Source: Scyliorhinus canicula (lineage: Eukaryota). From it: DNA of 64,000 bases. The DNA is taken from NCBI RefSeq assembly GCF_902713615.1, contig NW_024055493.1, forward strand, positions 124,001 to 188,000, in the 5' to 3' direction. Of this stretch, positions 48,901 to 59,454 are shown piece by piece. A model generated the notes under the pieces. That model had not been told where the DNA came from. It did not search any database and saw nothing but the letters and a program-made list of their open reading frames with translations. Position 1 is the stretch's first letter. Every line of letters starts with the position of its first letter. The position numbers were made by a program, and so were the translations under genes.

Positions 48901-50229
48901 AGTCAGATCCTGTATATTGAAAATAGGATCACATTGATTGTGTGATATAAACATTGACAAGTACTGGTGCAGTATTAATTGAAACAGTGCCGTGTATAAA
49001 AACAAAGACACTGTCTAGCCTAACAAAAATACAGATGGAGTCCAATTTAAAATTAGCAGAGGCAGCAGTTATTATTGAGGCAATGTCTGCTTCATGTGAT
49101 GCAAGTCACCTCGATTTAAATCCCATCTGCTGGCCAAACTTTACAATTGCAGTTGCTGTGAAAATGTTGCTGTCAGGTATAATCCATGATGTTGATGTAT
49201 CCATAATCCATTTCCACAAATGTAATATCACATCTACTTCTACGGGAGGTGACAAAATTTAAAGTGTAACTAATTGCAGGTGTGGCTGACTGATTCTCCC
49301 ACATTGAGATCAGTACCAGAGCAAAGCGGCTCAATTCCTGGTAAAGCGTTTTTGTTCATCTTTGTTAAATAGAGGAATGTTTACCTGGGCGTTCTATGGA
49401 GCCCATGGGAAATTTAACATTAATCTCACAAACATACTGTTGGGGAGTGTTTATTGATTGATTATACCACCTGCAAAATGGTTGGGTCCATTGTGTCCGA
49501 AGCTTCCCAGGAAGTTAACATGGGATTTTAATTTTCAAGGGGAAATGTGTGTGCGCGTGTAAGACAGAGAGAATGCGTGCGTGGGAGACTGTGTGGCTGT
49601 GTTTGTGTGAAACACATGTTGCGCACAAATTTAACAAAGGCCACGGCATCCTTCTATTTCCAATAGATACACAGCAAATAGATCCACAAATGTTGCACAT
49701 GAAGCTCCCAGTTGTCGTTCTGTGTTGCCGTTTTCTCGGTTTTTGTCGATTTCAAAGCTGCTAAATCCACTGGTTCACACCAGCCCACCTACAGTGTCGA
49801 ATGTTTATTGAGATTGATGAAATTGATTAAAGTAAGGTGAAGCGGTAGACATGTGGCAGAAAGAGCAGATCGTGTTCAGAGTAAATCTTGCGACACACAC
49901 ACAGCACCTTACTTCCAGCAACATTCCGCCTGCAAGCAGATGAAGTGTTTAAAGTGTAAAGCTAGCAAAGGCCTTCCCAGTGCTGCAATGAGTGAGATAT
50001 GTCAATAGTTGTTGCACTTCCCTCTGTCCACTTTGTTTCCGATATTGGTTATGATTTTACATCATGAATCTCATGTGGGATGCCTTATATGTTCCAGCAG
50101 AGAAGGCGGAGGCCATAAATGGTCAGAAACATAGCAATTATATTCACCAATTTTCATTAATTTATGAATATAAATGATTAGATTCAGCAATTGCCATCGT
50201 TCCACAAAGTCCTGTTTTAAATGAAGTTA

Positions 50230-50975
50230 TATGGTGTGGGCACCGAGGGCTAGGTCGTGATTTATTGTCCATCGCTAATTGCCTTTCACAAAGAGGAGGT
50301 GAACTGCTTGTTTGAACCTCTGCAGCCACTCTGGTGTAGGTACACCGACGATGTTGTTAGGGAGGCAGTTACAGGCTTTTGAGCCAGCGACAGCGAAGAT
50401 TCGGTGATATATTTGCAAGTTAGGATAATGAATGATTTGGAGGGGAATTTCCAGGAGGTGATCTTACCATGTATCAACTGCCTTTTCCTTCTAGAAGGAT
50501 ATGGTCCTGGGTTCCGAAGGTGTTTCGAAAGGAGATTTGCTGCGTTCCTGCAGTGTATCTTGTGGATGGGACATTATTGCCATTATTCGCCGGAGGTGGA
50601 TTGAATGAGTGTTTGCACATGGGATGACAATAAAGCTTCTTTAGCCTGGATGGTGTCGAGATTCTTGAATTTTGTTGGAGCTGCACCCAGCCAGGCAACT
50701 AGAGAGTATTCAATTACACTCCAGGTTTATGCTTTGTAGATGGTGAACAGGCTTTGGGAGTCAGGAGGTGTGTTGCTCACCGCAGGTTTCCTGGACGCTG
50801 ATCGGATCTTGTAGCCTCAGCATTTATATGGTCAGTCCGGTACAGTTTCTGGTCAATGGTAACCCCAGTGTATTGATCGTGGGGAATTCAGCGATGACAA
50901 TATCAGTGAATGTCAAGGAGCGATGGTTAGATTCTATTTTGTTGGAAATGGTAATTGTTTAGCAATTCCGTGGCG
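50230..50975 (-). mobile_element. Second-family LINE 3' fragment
   Basis: ORF 50286..50477 (ILTCKYI..LSLAQKP) and a tail shared with 24515-24835. Confidence 0.7.
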
Positions 50976-53714
50976 AATATCACCAATTGTCACAAGTCAC
51001 AAAGTTAAATAATGACATTATTCAATTATCTTCAACACAACATAAGAAGTTCCATTCACCAATTATGATCCGCACTTTCTTTTACAAAATGTAAATAGAA
51101 TTCATTTAATGGAGGTGGTTTTGAGACCATGAAGCGACCAGCCGTGATGATTGAATGGCGGAGCAGGCTCGAAGGGCTTATTTGCTTATTTCTGCTCCTA
51201 ATTCTTTTCTTGTGTGTTTAACATAATTTATTAAGGTTAAACGTAATTGAATAGCATTGACCATTCTGTCACCAAGAAGTCACATCTACACCGGAATTCA
51301 ATGTGAAATGGAATTAGACCACACCGAGGAGAATGTGCAGCTACCCAGCAGCCTCTGCGCTGTATTGGTCAGTGATCACCTCATCGTCACACAGAATCGC
51401 CAGACTGGGGTGTGAGATGATTTTTAAAGTGCCGGTAGAAATAAAAATGCCTTTACCTAATGTGACGTTAATGAACCTTTACTTCCCAATGTCTTATTAC
51501 ACTGTTTTGGAAAGTAATTCAACATTTACAGCTCTCCACTGAGTTTCACAGTATTTCTGTTTTCACATTAATATGTTTTTAGTCTGCTGTCTTCATTAAT
51601 TTGGGTAGGGACATCTGGAGTGACATATTGTACACGAAATGGCCACATGTTCCAAATATTACAGCCGTCCTCCACAATGTAATCACGTTCCCGCTTTCTG
51701 TTTTTGAGATGAAGATTCGCCATCAGCAGAGAAGAATCACCAGCACCGCAGGAATATCTCCAGTTCCCTCTTAGTGACGTCTAGCTCGTTATTTGCCGAT
51801 AGTCTGGGGAGGGAATTCACCCAGAAAGGCTTCAGCCACCGAATGTATCAGGCGATACAAATTATAAAGGACCAACTTAAATTTGTGAAATCATCAAGCG
51901 CAAAACTGAGAATGTAGAACAGCATCTTTCAGGGCCATCTATCCATCCGTCCATCACCTCCAGTCACTGAATCCTCAATCACAATATTCAGGCATCCAAC
52001 TAACACTCATCTCTACATCAAATCAGTGATCCCTTTATATTTTGGGTGGATGGTGATGCAGTATTAATGTTATTGGGCCAGTAATAAAAATGCCCGGGTA
52101 CAAATGCTCGGGTACAAATCCCACCATAGTCGGAGTGGGAATTTGATTCCACTTAATTTAAAACAATTTAAAACATAAAATGATCCGCAGTACTGTTGCT
52201 GGGTAGATTTGTTTATAAATAGTCCTCATTGACAATGTTAAGAGTTTGAAGTTGGCTTGCAGCCAAGCGGTCAGTACTGAGCCAACAGATCTCTGAAAAA
52301 AATCCAGATGCTTCCTGTAAACAACATTGAACATTCGAGCCTCCCTGACTGCAGGCGGCTGGATTGCTGCCAAATACTGTGTGGGGCAGATTAACCTGAA
52401 TATTAATGGATTCAATGGGATTTATCCATTTAACAATAAATGTTTCAGTCGCACATGAAGTAAGCGTTTTAAATGGTGATCCATCTAAATAAATATATTC
52501 AGTAAATGATCTGTTCACTCTTAGATTAAACATTATCGGAAAATAGTAAACTATTTAATTTATATAAGTTCCGTGTGAAGGTCACTCTAGTTATGAAAGT
52601 CCGTTTGTGAAGAACCTAATGAAGTGAGAGTGAGTGGTGTTGATGGACCCAATCCACAAGCCCAATCAGATGAGAGGAATTGCAAAAAAATATAAGTTGA
52701 ATTAAAAGAAAATCATAAAAGTGCTCAAAACCCGGCGGAATTCTTGGAATATTCTCCGAGTTGTTGACCTCATTTAAACTTTTACCTGATTTTCACCGTA
52801 GTCTGTAAAGTTTAATTTGTGTTGATTTCCATTATTTAACAGTCTCTCTCATTGCTGCCAACGAGTGGAGAAATGACCAGTTCATGACCTGCTTCATTGG
52901 AAGATAGAACATTTATTCCTGTGATATTGTGTAATATTCCGCAAAGTCCTGATATCCTGTGTTCCCAACACCAGTGAATGTTAGACAGCCGGTGGTCAGT
53001 GAAATTAGCGGCAATGATTTGGATGCTGAAGGATAACTTTGCTGATCGCCGTGTCCGTTATGATTCATTAACTTCTCTGTCAAATGTTAATGTCAATTTT
53101 ATGTTTCTGTCAACTCACTGCTGAATTATCAGACAAGTGGCTTGTTTTACCGCTAATGTTCACATGACTGAGGCGCAGGGACAGTTCCAGAAATTTAAGG
53201 AGAGCTATTGTGTAATGTTAGCAGTCTGTCTTGTCTGCAGACCCGCAATGCAGAGTGATCATCCGCACTGCAAATGGAATCACCTTGTTCATTCCCGCAT
53301 TTAGACATAAATCGTCAACAATTCCTCTGATAAATGATACTTTTTTGCAAATGGAATAGAGACCCGGAGTGTTGTAAATCAGACTGACATACAACCTATT
53401 CCCTAACAAAATAATTCGTCTATTTGAGATCATCTCAATATATTAGAGTAGAAATAAAGGGACTGAATTTACAATGGAATAGTTTTTTTTTTATTAACAG
53501 ATGCGCAAATGTAATTTCGCAATGGGGTCATTATAAAGAATCAATTCAGACAACCAAATATCCCGATACAGATCAATGTATATTTTAATAATAACCTATA
53601 GTAAATCTCTGGATCCATTCTGTTGGGGGTGTGGAAGGCGGGACGTTGATACAGTCGCCGCCTCCACCAGGGAATCAACAGGCGGCGCCTGGAAAGCCGC
53701 CCCCTTCTGCCGGG

Positions 53715-53723
53715 TATTTAAAT
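53715..53723 (+). promoter_or_regulatory. TATA-like box of the VH promoter
   Basis: TATTTAAAT ~80 bp upstream of the leader ATG, in a locally GC-rich stretch. Confidence 0.6.
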
Positions 53724-53801
53724 GCCGCTCACTGGGACCCGAATCCAACAGTCCGGGAGCTGGTTTGGTCACTGAGTTCCTGACACAACCATTTCCCCCA
53801 A

Positions 53802-53859
53802 ATGACCAGAAGGATGAGGTGGGCCATTTCTCTCAGTTTGTTGCTGACTTTCTTATCCC
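53802..53859 (+). CDS. IGHV: IgH V leader exon (signal peptide)
   Basis: MTRRMRWAISLSLLLTFLS + C, then donor GTGAGT at 53860. Second in-frame ATG at 53814. Splices in phase 1 to the acceptor TTTTTACAG|G (53987/53988) to give ..LSRVQS. Confidence 0.92.
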
Positions 53860-53987
53860 GTGAGTAGTTTTTATTGTCCAAGTCTCTCACTGTTACTGTT
53901 TCAGTGTTAGTCTCTCTCTAGAATGTTCCAGAGTCACCAATCATTTCACCAGCATTAATCCTCGGCCTTTTTGATATATTTTTACAG

Positions 53988-54295
53988 GTGTCCAGTCGGA
54001 TGTTGTGTTGACTCAGCCAGAGGCAGAGACCGGGCGTCCCGGAGGCTCCCTGACACTGACCTGTAAAACCAGCGGGTTCAGCCTTGGCAGCTACTGGATG
54101 AACTGGGTCCGGCAGGTTCCCGGGCAGGGGCTGGAGTGGCTGGTTCAGTACCTCGATTCATCCAACACCATCTTCTACGCGCCAGGGATTCAGGGCCGAT
54201 TTACTCCGTCCAAAGACACTTCAAACAACATCTTCTCTTTGGCCATGACGAACCTGAAGACCGAAGATACCGCCATCTATTACTGTGCAAGACAC
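53988..54295 (+). CDS. IGHV: Immunoglobulin heavy-chain V segment (shark IgM-type VH), open and germline
   Basis: (R)[101 protein letters not shown]. Both canonical Cys and the FR2 Trp are present, with no stops. Confidence 0.97.
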
Positions 54296-54334
54296 CACAG
54301 CGAGAGGAACCAGGGCTGGACCCGCACAAGAACA
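54296..54334 (+). promoter_or_regulatory. VH 3' recombination signal, 23-bp spacer
   Basis: Heptamer CACAGCG (54296-54302), 23 nt, nonamer ACAAGAACA (54326-54334). Confidence 0.92.
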
Positions 54335-54696
54335 GCTCGAGAGGGAATTCAGCAACTTGCACCTTAACCTGAAGGTTAGCACTTGATCCAAATCTAATAT
54401 TAATGTCAGTGATCAGAACCGGACCACGAGCCGCGTCTGACACAACTGAGACAGACAAATGTTCGCAGTAAAACCTAACAAACCTACCGATATCAATGTG
54501 ACTGTGTTTATATGTAATGTCTCAGTTTCAGCAATCACTGACCTGAATAGGATACTTGTTTTGTTATGTCTATAATTTGGAGCAGAGCTTTGTACATTGT
54601 GTTTTGTAAACTGCAGTATAAATTGTAAATTAGATCAGAAGTAAACGTGTATTTGTAGCGAATATTGAGTGGCAGGACTGAACAGAGAGTGAGTGC

Positions 54697-54724
54697 AGTT
54701 TTTGTGCGGGTGTCTGTCACTGTG
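54697..54724 (-). promoter_or_regulatory. D1 5' RSS, 12-bp spacer
   Basis: AGTTTTTGT (54697-54705), 12 nt, CACTGTG (54718-54724). Confidence 0.93.
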
Positions 54725-54739
54725 ACTACAGCAGTGGGT
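54725..54739 (+). other. IGHD: IgH D1 segment ACTACAGCAGTGGGT (15 nt; TTAVG / LQQW / YSSG, no stops)
   Basis: Flanked by 12- and 22-spacer RSSs ~430 bp 3' of VH, the layout known for shark IgM clusters. Confidence 0.93.
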
Positions 54740-54777
54740 CACAGTGCTGTGCACAGCGACATCCTCATACAAAAACC
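54740..54777 (+). promoter_or_regulatory. D1 3' RSS, 22-bp spacer
   Basis: CACAGTG (54740-54746), 22 nt, ACAAAAACC (54769-54777). Both elements are consensus. Confidence 0.95.
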
Positions 54778-55087
54778 TCAGTGATATAGTTTGTTCAAAT
54801 TGGTGTTCAGCGCCACAGCAGGATTGTCAATGTCAATGAGTTTTAAATAAAACAAAGTTTGGAAGTAATATTAGTTTGCAAAAAGCAATAAAAATCTTCC
54901 ACTTTATCACTGTTGACCGACACGCGAAATATGCACAGAGGGTTTAAAAGTGTTCCGATCCTCTTTGTAAATGTAATGACCAGGACAAGCTGAAATAACT
55001 CACCCATTCGCTCTTGGAAGAGACAGTTAGGTTTTTGAGTGAACAGTGAAATTAAATCTCTGTATTTTACAGTTAACAGTCTGCCGC

Positions 55088-55115
55088 AGTATTTGACACG
55101 CTGTGTCTCACTGTG
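55088..55115 (-). promoter_or_regulatory. D2 5' RSS, 12-bp spacer
   Basis: AGTATTTGA (55088-55096, divergent nonamer), 12 nt, CACTGTG (55109-55115). Confidence 0.85.
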
Positions 55116-55125
55116 ATAACTGGGG
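55116..55125 (+). other. IGHD: IgH D2 segment ATAACTGGGG (10 nt; one frame contains TAA)
   Basis: Flanked by two 12-spacer RSSs, between D1 and JH. Confidence 0.92.
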
Positions 55126-55153
55126 CACAGCAGTTACTGTCAATACAAAAAGC
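55126..55153 (+). promoter_or_regulatory. D2 3' RSS, 12-bp spacer
   Basis: CACAGCA (55126-55132), 12 nt, ACAAAAAGC (55145-55153). Confidence 0.9.
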
Positions 55154-55475
55154 CCCTCAGCACTAATTAACTGAGGCTAGCTCAGTGCTCGCTTTTACAA
55201 TCCAACTTTATTCACAGTGAAGCATTATTTATTTCCAACACTGACAAAATAATAATAATTAATGTGGAAAATTGGTGGTCGTTATTTAGTCACAGTTGGT
55301 GTTTTCAATAACATTTCCATGTCTGTGAAATGTAAAACATTCGGTCATTTATGAAGAGAGAACGGTATCCACAAATATTAATATAATTTCCTGAAAATTA
55401 ATCGTGAATTTTCTTTGCCATTGGTTTGTGAATATTTAAAATAATGGTGGATTTCTGTCTATTTTGTGCAGGTGC

Positions 55476-55514
55476 GGTTATTGTATGGAGCAGCCCAGGG
55501 AATGTAACACTGTG
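55476..55514 (-). promoter_or_regulatory. JH 5' RSS, 23-bp spacer
   Basis: GGTTATTGT (55476-55484), 23 nt, CACTGTG (55508-55514). Confidence 0.93.
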
Positions 55515-55562
55515 ACTACTTCGACTACTGGGGACAAGGCACCATGGTGACGGTGACTGCAG
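55515..55562 (+). CDS. IGHJ: IgH J segment YFDYWGQGTMVTVTA
   Basis: WGxG motif and splice donor G|GTAAGA at 55562/55563. Confidence 0.97.
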
Positions 55563-55639
55563 GTAAGAACCATTCCGTCATTTACCAACTGTTTTACTTG
55601 AGTATTTGTTTTATATTTTTCTGCATTTTCAAAATCCAT

Positions 55640-56970
55640 TCGTTCACTGAAATGTGTTTTGGTGGATCATGTATTGAGATGTTGTTGCAATGTTTCATTT
55701 GATTCTGCTGAAAGGGGGATATAGAATCCCGCAGTTTCTTGACAGAAAGATGCTGCTGAGGGATTCAGTCCCTCTTTGCTGTGATTTGGTGTTTATTTGC
55801 TGAGGATACTGTGTGGCTGGGTTACTTTAAATACAAGACGACTGTTTTTATGATGTTTAATCTCGGTTCTATCTAATGTCTGCAGTTTGTACCGTCTTCT
55901 GCACAAGTGTTTGAGATCGACGCCAACATTGACAAAATGTGCTAAAGTTTCTGTATTATCTTATTGAACATGTTCTGCTTACTGAAAGTGCTGATGATTT
56001 ATTCAAGTTTTCTGTTTAGTTTACCTGTTCATTCATTTGATGAAATGAGGGTTTTGTGCATTCTAAATTGAGATGTTCTTGCAATGTTACATTTGGTTCT
56101 GTTGGAAGTGTTTGTAGAATTGAGCTGCTTCTCCATGATGTTTCACTCCTTCAGTGATGTGATTTGGTGTTTTCCTGCTGAGGAATGTTTTTGGGTGACT
56201 TTGTGTAGGAAAGTTTGTGAAACGGTTTGGTGTGTCTGTATTGTTTCAACCCGGTGACACTGAGCGGTTACACGTTTTGTGATTGAATGCAAAGAGTCTA
56301 CGTGTTTGAAACTGCTTGTCGCAGGATTGTCGGCAGAAAACAGGGAGGCTGTTTCTGCATCGTGAAAAAAGTGAAAATTGTAGATTAAACTAAGCCACGT
56401 TTTACGATAATCCTTTCCGAGCACAAGTTGTTGCTGCAATCAGTTTGCCGTTTGTGCAAAGTTTAATCTCGGTGGCATCTGATGGTTGCAGCTTTTACCA
56501 TAACTGCAAACATTAAAAGCATTTAAATGTGTTTGAAAAATGACTCAATATGAAAAAATGTGGTAAAGTTTCAATATTTATTTGTTAATATTCCAGCTCC
56601 TCGCAATGCTATTGCTCTTAGTCCAGATTTCTGTTTAGTTTAATAATTCAACATTTGGCGATGGGCTGGTTTGCTGGATATTGATATTTTCTTGCAATGT
56701 TAAGTTTGATCCTGTTCGATGTAGAGTTGAGTTGCTTCTCCATAAACGCGTTTCATTGATGTGATTTAGTGTTTTGTTCTGCTGAGGAGATTGTGTGTCT
56801 GGGTGACTTTAAATGATTCAGATCTGTCAAACGGTTCAGCGTTTCTGCATTGTTTCTGCATTGTTTAAACTCGGTGACACTGAGCGGTTACACGTTTTCT
56901 GGTTGAATGCAAACAGTCTCCACGTTTGAAAATGCTTGAAGGGCGATTGTCGGGAGAAAACAGCCAGGCT
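55640..56970 (+). repeat. Three degenerate ~400-600-bp direct repeat units behind JH
   Basis: Anchors TTGCAATGTT (55685, 56079, 56692) and TGTGATTT(G/A)GTGTTT (55780, 56158, 56760). A 27-bp identical block occurs at 56252 and 56872. Confidence 0.8.
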
Positions 56971-59075
56971 TAAGAAAATAATCGAATAAAGATATATTGA
57001 TGCATTTTGTAATTTTAACTGATGCTTCCAGATTAAACGAAATAATGACCGAAACGCCCATGCAGAACATAGTAACATTTATATAATTCAAACAATTGCA
57101 ATGCGGTGATACAACTCTATATTAACCAAGGGTTATTTTAGATTAATATAATTCATCATTAATCACCTTTCACAATCCTGCTGTGTTCTGCACGAGGTTA
57201 ACATGACCGGACAGGTTTCTAGGCTGGAAATACTTTGTAGTTCCAGTTATTCTATTATTTCAGTGCCGCTGCAACCATATTATACCTTCACTGTAATGCG
57301 TAGTTGGATAGGTGGGAATTATCACTAATCTAACCTGAAACAGTTTTCTGAGATGTGGAAGTCGCTGCCAATCAATGAATTGTTCCCATGATTTTATTTG
57401 TATTATAGGAAAGTTCAGATTGCATATGGCAAGAGATTGAAAAGTAAAAGCTTGAATGTCAAACCGATGTATTTATTTAGTTACAAAAGTTTAACAGTAC
57501 CTTTGCATTTTATAATGACATCCTGTCTCCCATAGATGTGCTCTCCACACGATAGAATTATAGGAAGAACAGATGATAGGAAAGTAAGAATGATTATATC
57601 TTAGCTTTCGGCTTAAATTTTATTAAATGCTAAATTCAACAACAAATTATCCACTCCACTTGTTCATAATGGGTGAGTTTTGCAAATGATTTGAATAAAC
57701 ATTACTGAGCTGTTCTCGTTATATTCATTACTTTCTGAGAATAGATGGAGTTTATGATTTATCAATGTTTCCAGAAAGGCACATATTTTACACATTTGTA
57801 GGTCGAATAGAGCAATTGGAGTTTAAAGAAATGTGAATATGGTCAATTAAATGTTCAGATGTTTCCATCGAGTAATTTGGAGTTTACTGTTCAACATTAT
57901 TTGATTGTCATGTTGTTTTAATTAAACCCCAATTATTTCATAACGCTCTGGGTAAAAACAATTTGGGGATTATTGAATGCTATTTTTATTATATTTATTA
58001 TTATAGTACAGATAATCGAATAAAGAATTAGCTGACAATTAACAATAACTTACAGTACAATATCAGTGAGAATTAATTCAACATAAATGATCTCCTACAA
58101 TTGAGTTGTATCCTGGCGTGCAATATCTCAAATGTTTTAGAGAATTTTAATAATATCTGAAATTAATTGATGAACCCATACATTTCATTATACTGCTGCG
58201 TGCAGCTCAATTATTTTACTGATTACATTCTTTTGCCCTGATTATTTTTCTGATTACATTTAATTGTGTTTTTAGATCATATCAGTGGGTAATGTGAATA
58301 TTTCCTGGTTTGTTTAATTATTACCCTGTCACTGAGTCTCTGTTCCGTCATTAATCTGGCCTGAATCTGTAATATTTAATCTGCTCATTTTCAGCAAAAC
58401 TACTTTTTGCCCAATTATCGAGTTTTGAGATGGACAGAGAGAAATAGTTAAAAACCGAATGCAGTTTTGAAATTAATGTCAGTTTAATTTCAAATAAGTT
58501 ACTAAATTATTGTTGTCGGAAGTTGACCATTGATAAATTAGAATCAAACAGTTTCATGAAACTGACAGATTGAACAGATCTATCTGCTGGAACTCGATTG
58601 TTGCCATGTGTGTCTGTTCAGTTTCTGTGCGCGCGGTCACTGTGCTGGGACCAGGAATCTTCCTGATTGGTTGTAAATCTTCTGCTTCATTTTCCAATAT
58701 TTCAGGGAGTACAATTTGATCAATCTCTTTAATAAAACTTGTATATGTGTGGAATGTGGAAATTATACTTGATGTTTGACTAGGTGACTCAGAAAGGGGA
58801 TTCCAAACCCAGATTGTGACAGTCAGAAAGAATTCAGCAACGCCAGACAGGCTGGAGAAGGAGATTTGGTTGATTTTTAAGCAGTGATATATCGGTCTTG
58901 GGAATTTTCGATTCGGCAATGCAGAGAGCGATTTATTGGGTTACATTCCGTGCTATGGCAGTCCTTGATCTATTTAATGCGTCAGTGCAGCGGAGAAATC
59001 CCTTTGCATTTGATTTTTAATCCTATCCTAGGATTCTGGAGGCGCTGGCAAGGCTAGATTTTAATATATATCCCT

Positions 59076-59256
59076 GGGGCTGGTTTAGCTCACTCGGCTA
59101 AATCGCTGGCTTTTTACAGCAGACCAAGCAGGCCAGCAGCACGGTTCCCGTACCAGCCTCCCCGGACAGGCGCCGGAATGTGGTGACTTAGAGCTTTTCA
59201 CAGTAACTTCATTGAAGCCTACTCGTGACAATAAGCAATTTTCATTTCATTTCATT
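59076..59256 (+). mobile_element. Third-family tRNA-type SINE, (ATTTC)n tail, inserted into a - strand LINE 3' end (~59010-59450)
   Basis: Near-identical to the reverse complement of 25773-25951. Confidence 0.88.
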
Positions 59257-59454
59257 AAGGGTCCTTGGGAAAGTTTTGATGTGAAGCATCCTTGAATAGC
59301 TGCAGTCCATGTGGCGGAGGTATATCTGCAATATTGCTAGGCAGGGAGGTCCAGAATTTTGACTCGGCGACAGTGAAGGATTGGCAGTATATTTCCAAAT
59401 CAGGATGGTGAGTGTCTTGGAAGGGAACTTGCAGGTGTTGGTGCACCCATACAT

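Noticed and set aside
49738-49774. Perfect nonamer GGTTTTTGT with CACTGGT 21 nt downstream (possible orphan RSS)
   Set aside because: The heptamer lacks the essential terminal GTG, the spacer is off, and there is no adjacent D/J-like sequence.
54296-54367. C-terminal 24 aa of ORF 54005..54367
   Set aside because: Read-through of the RSS, not part of the V domain.
55030-55038. Nonamer-like GGTTTTTGA between D1 and D2 (possible third D)
   Set aside because: No heptamer at 12 or 23 nt.
53988-55562. Assignment as IgNAR, IgW or TCR
   Set aside because: The V has a full FR2/CDR2 and there are only two D segments, which argues against IgNAR. FR1 [25 protein letters not shown] and JH WGQGTMVTVT match shark IgM as I recall it. 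The isotype is formally unproven without the C exons.
58554-58919. 121-aa - strand ORF as a possible constant-region or nested gene exon
   Set aside because: It is on the wrong strand for CH and has no Ig fold motif. It contains EFFLTVTIWVWNPL, a decayed CR1 RT C-terminal motif.
1899-59256. tRNA genes suggested by A-box/B-box sequences
   Set aside because: All are SINE heads continuing into SINE bodies, and none gave a complete cloverleaf that I could fold.
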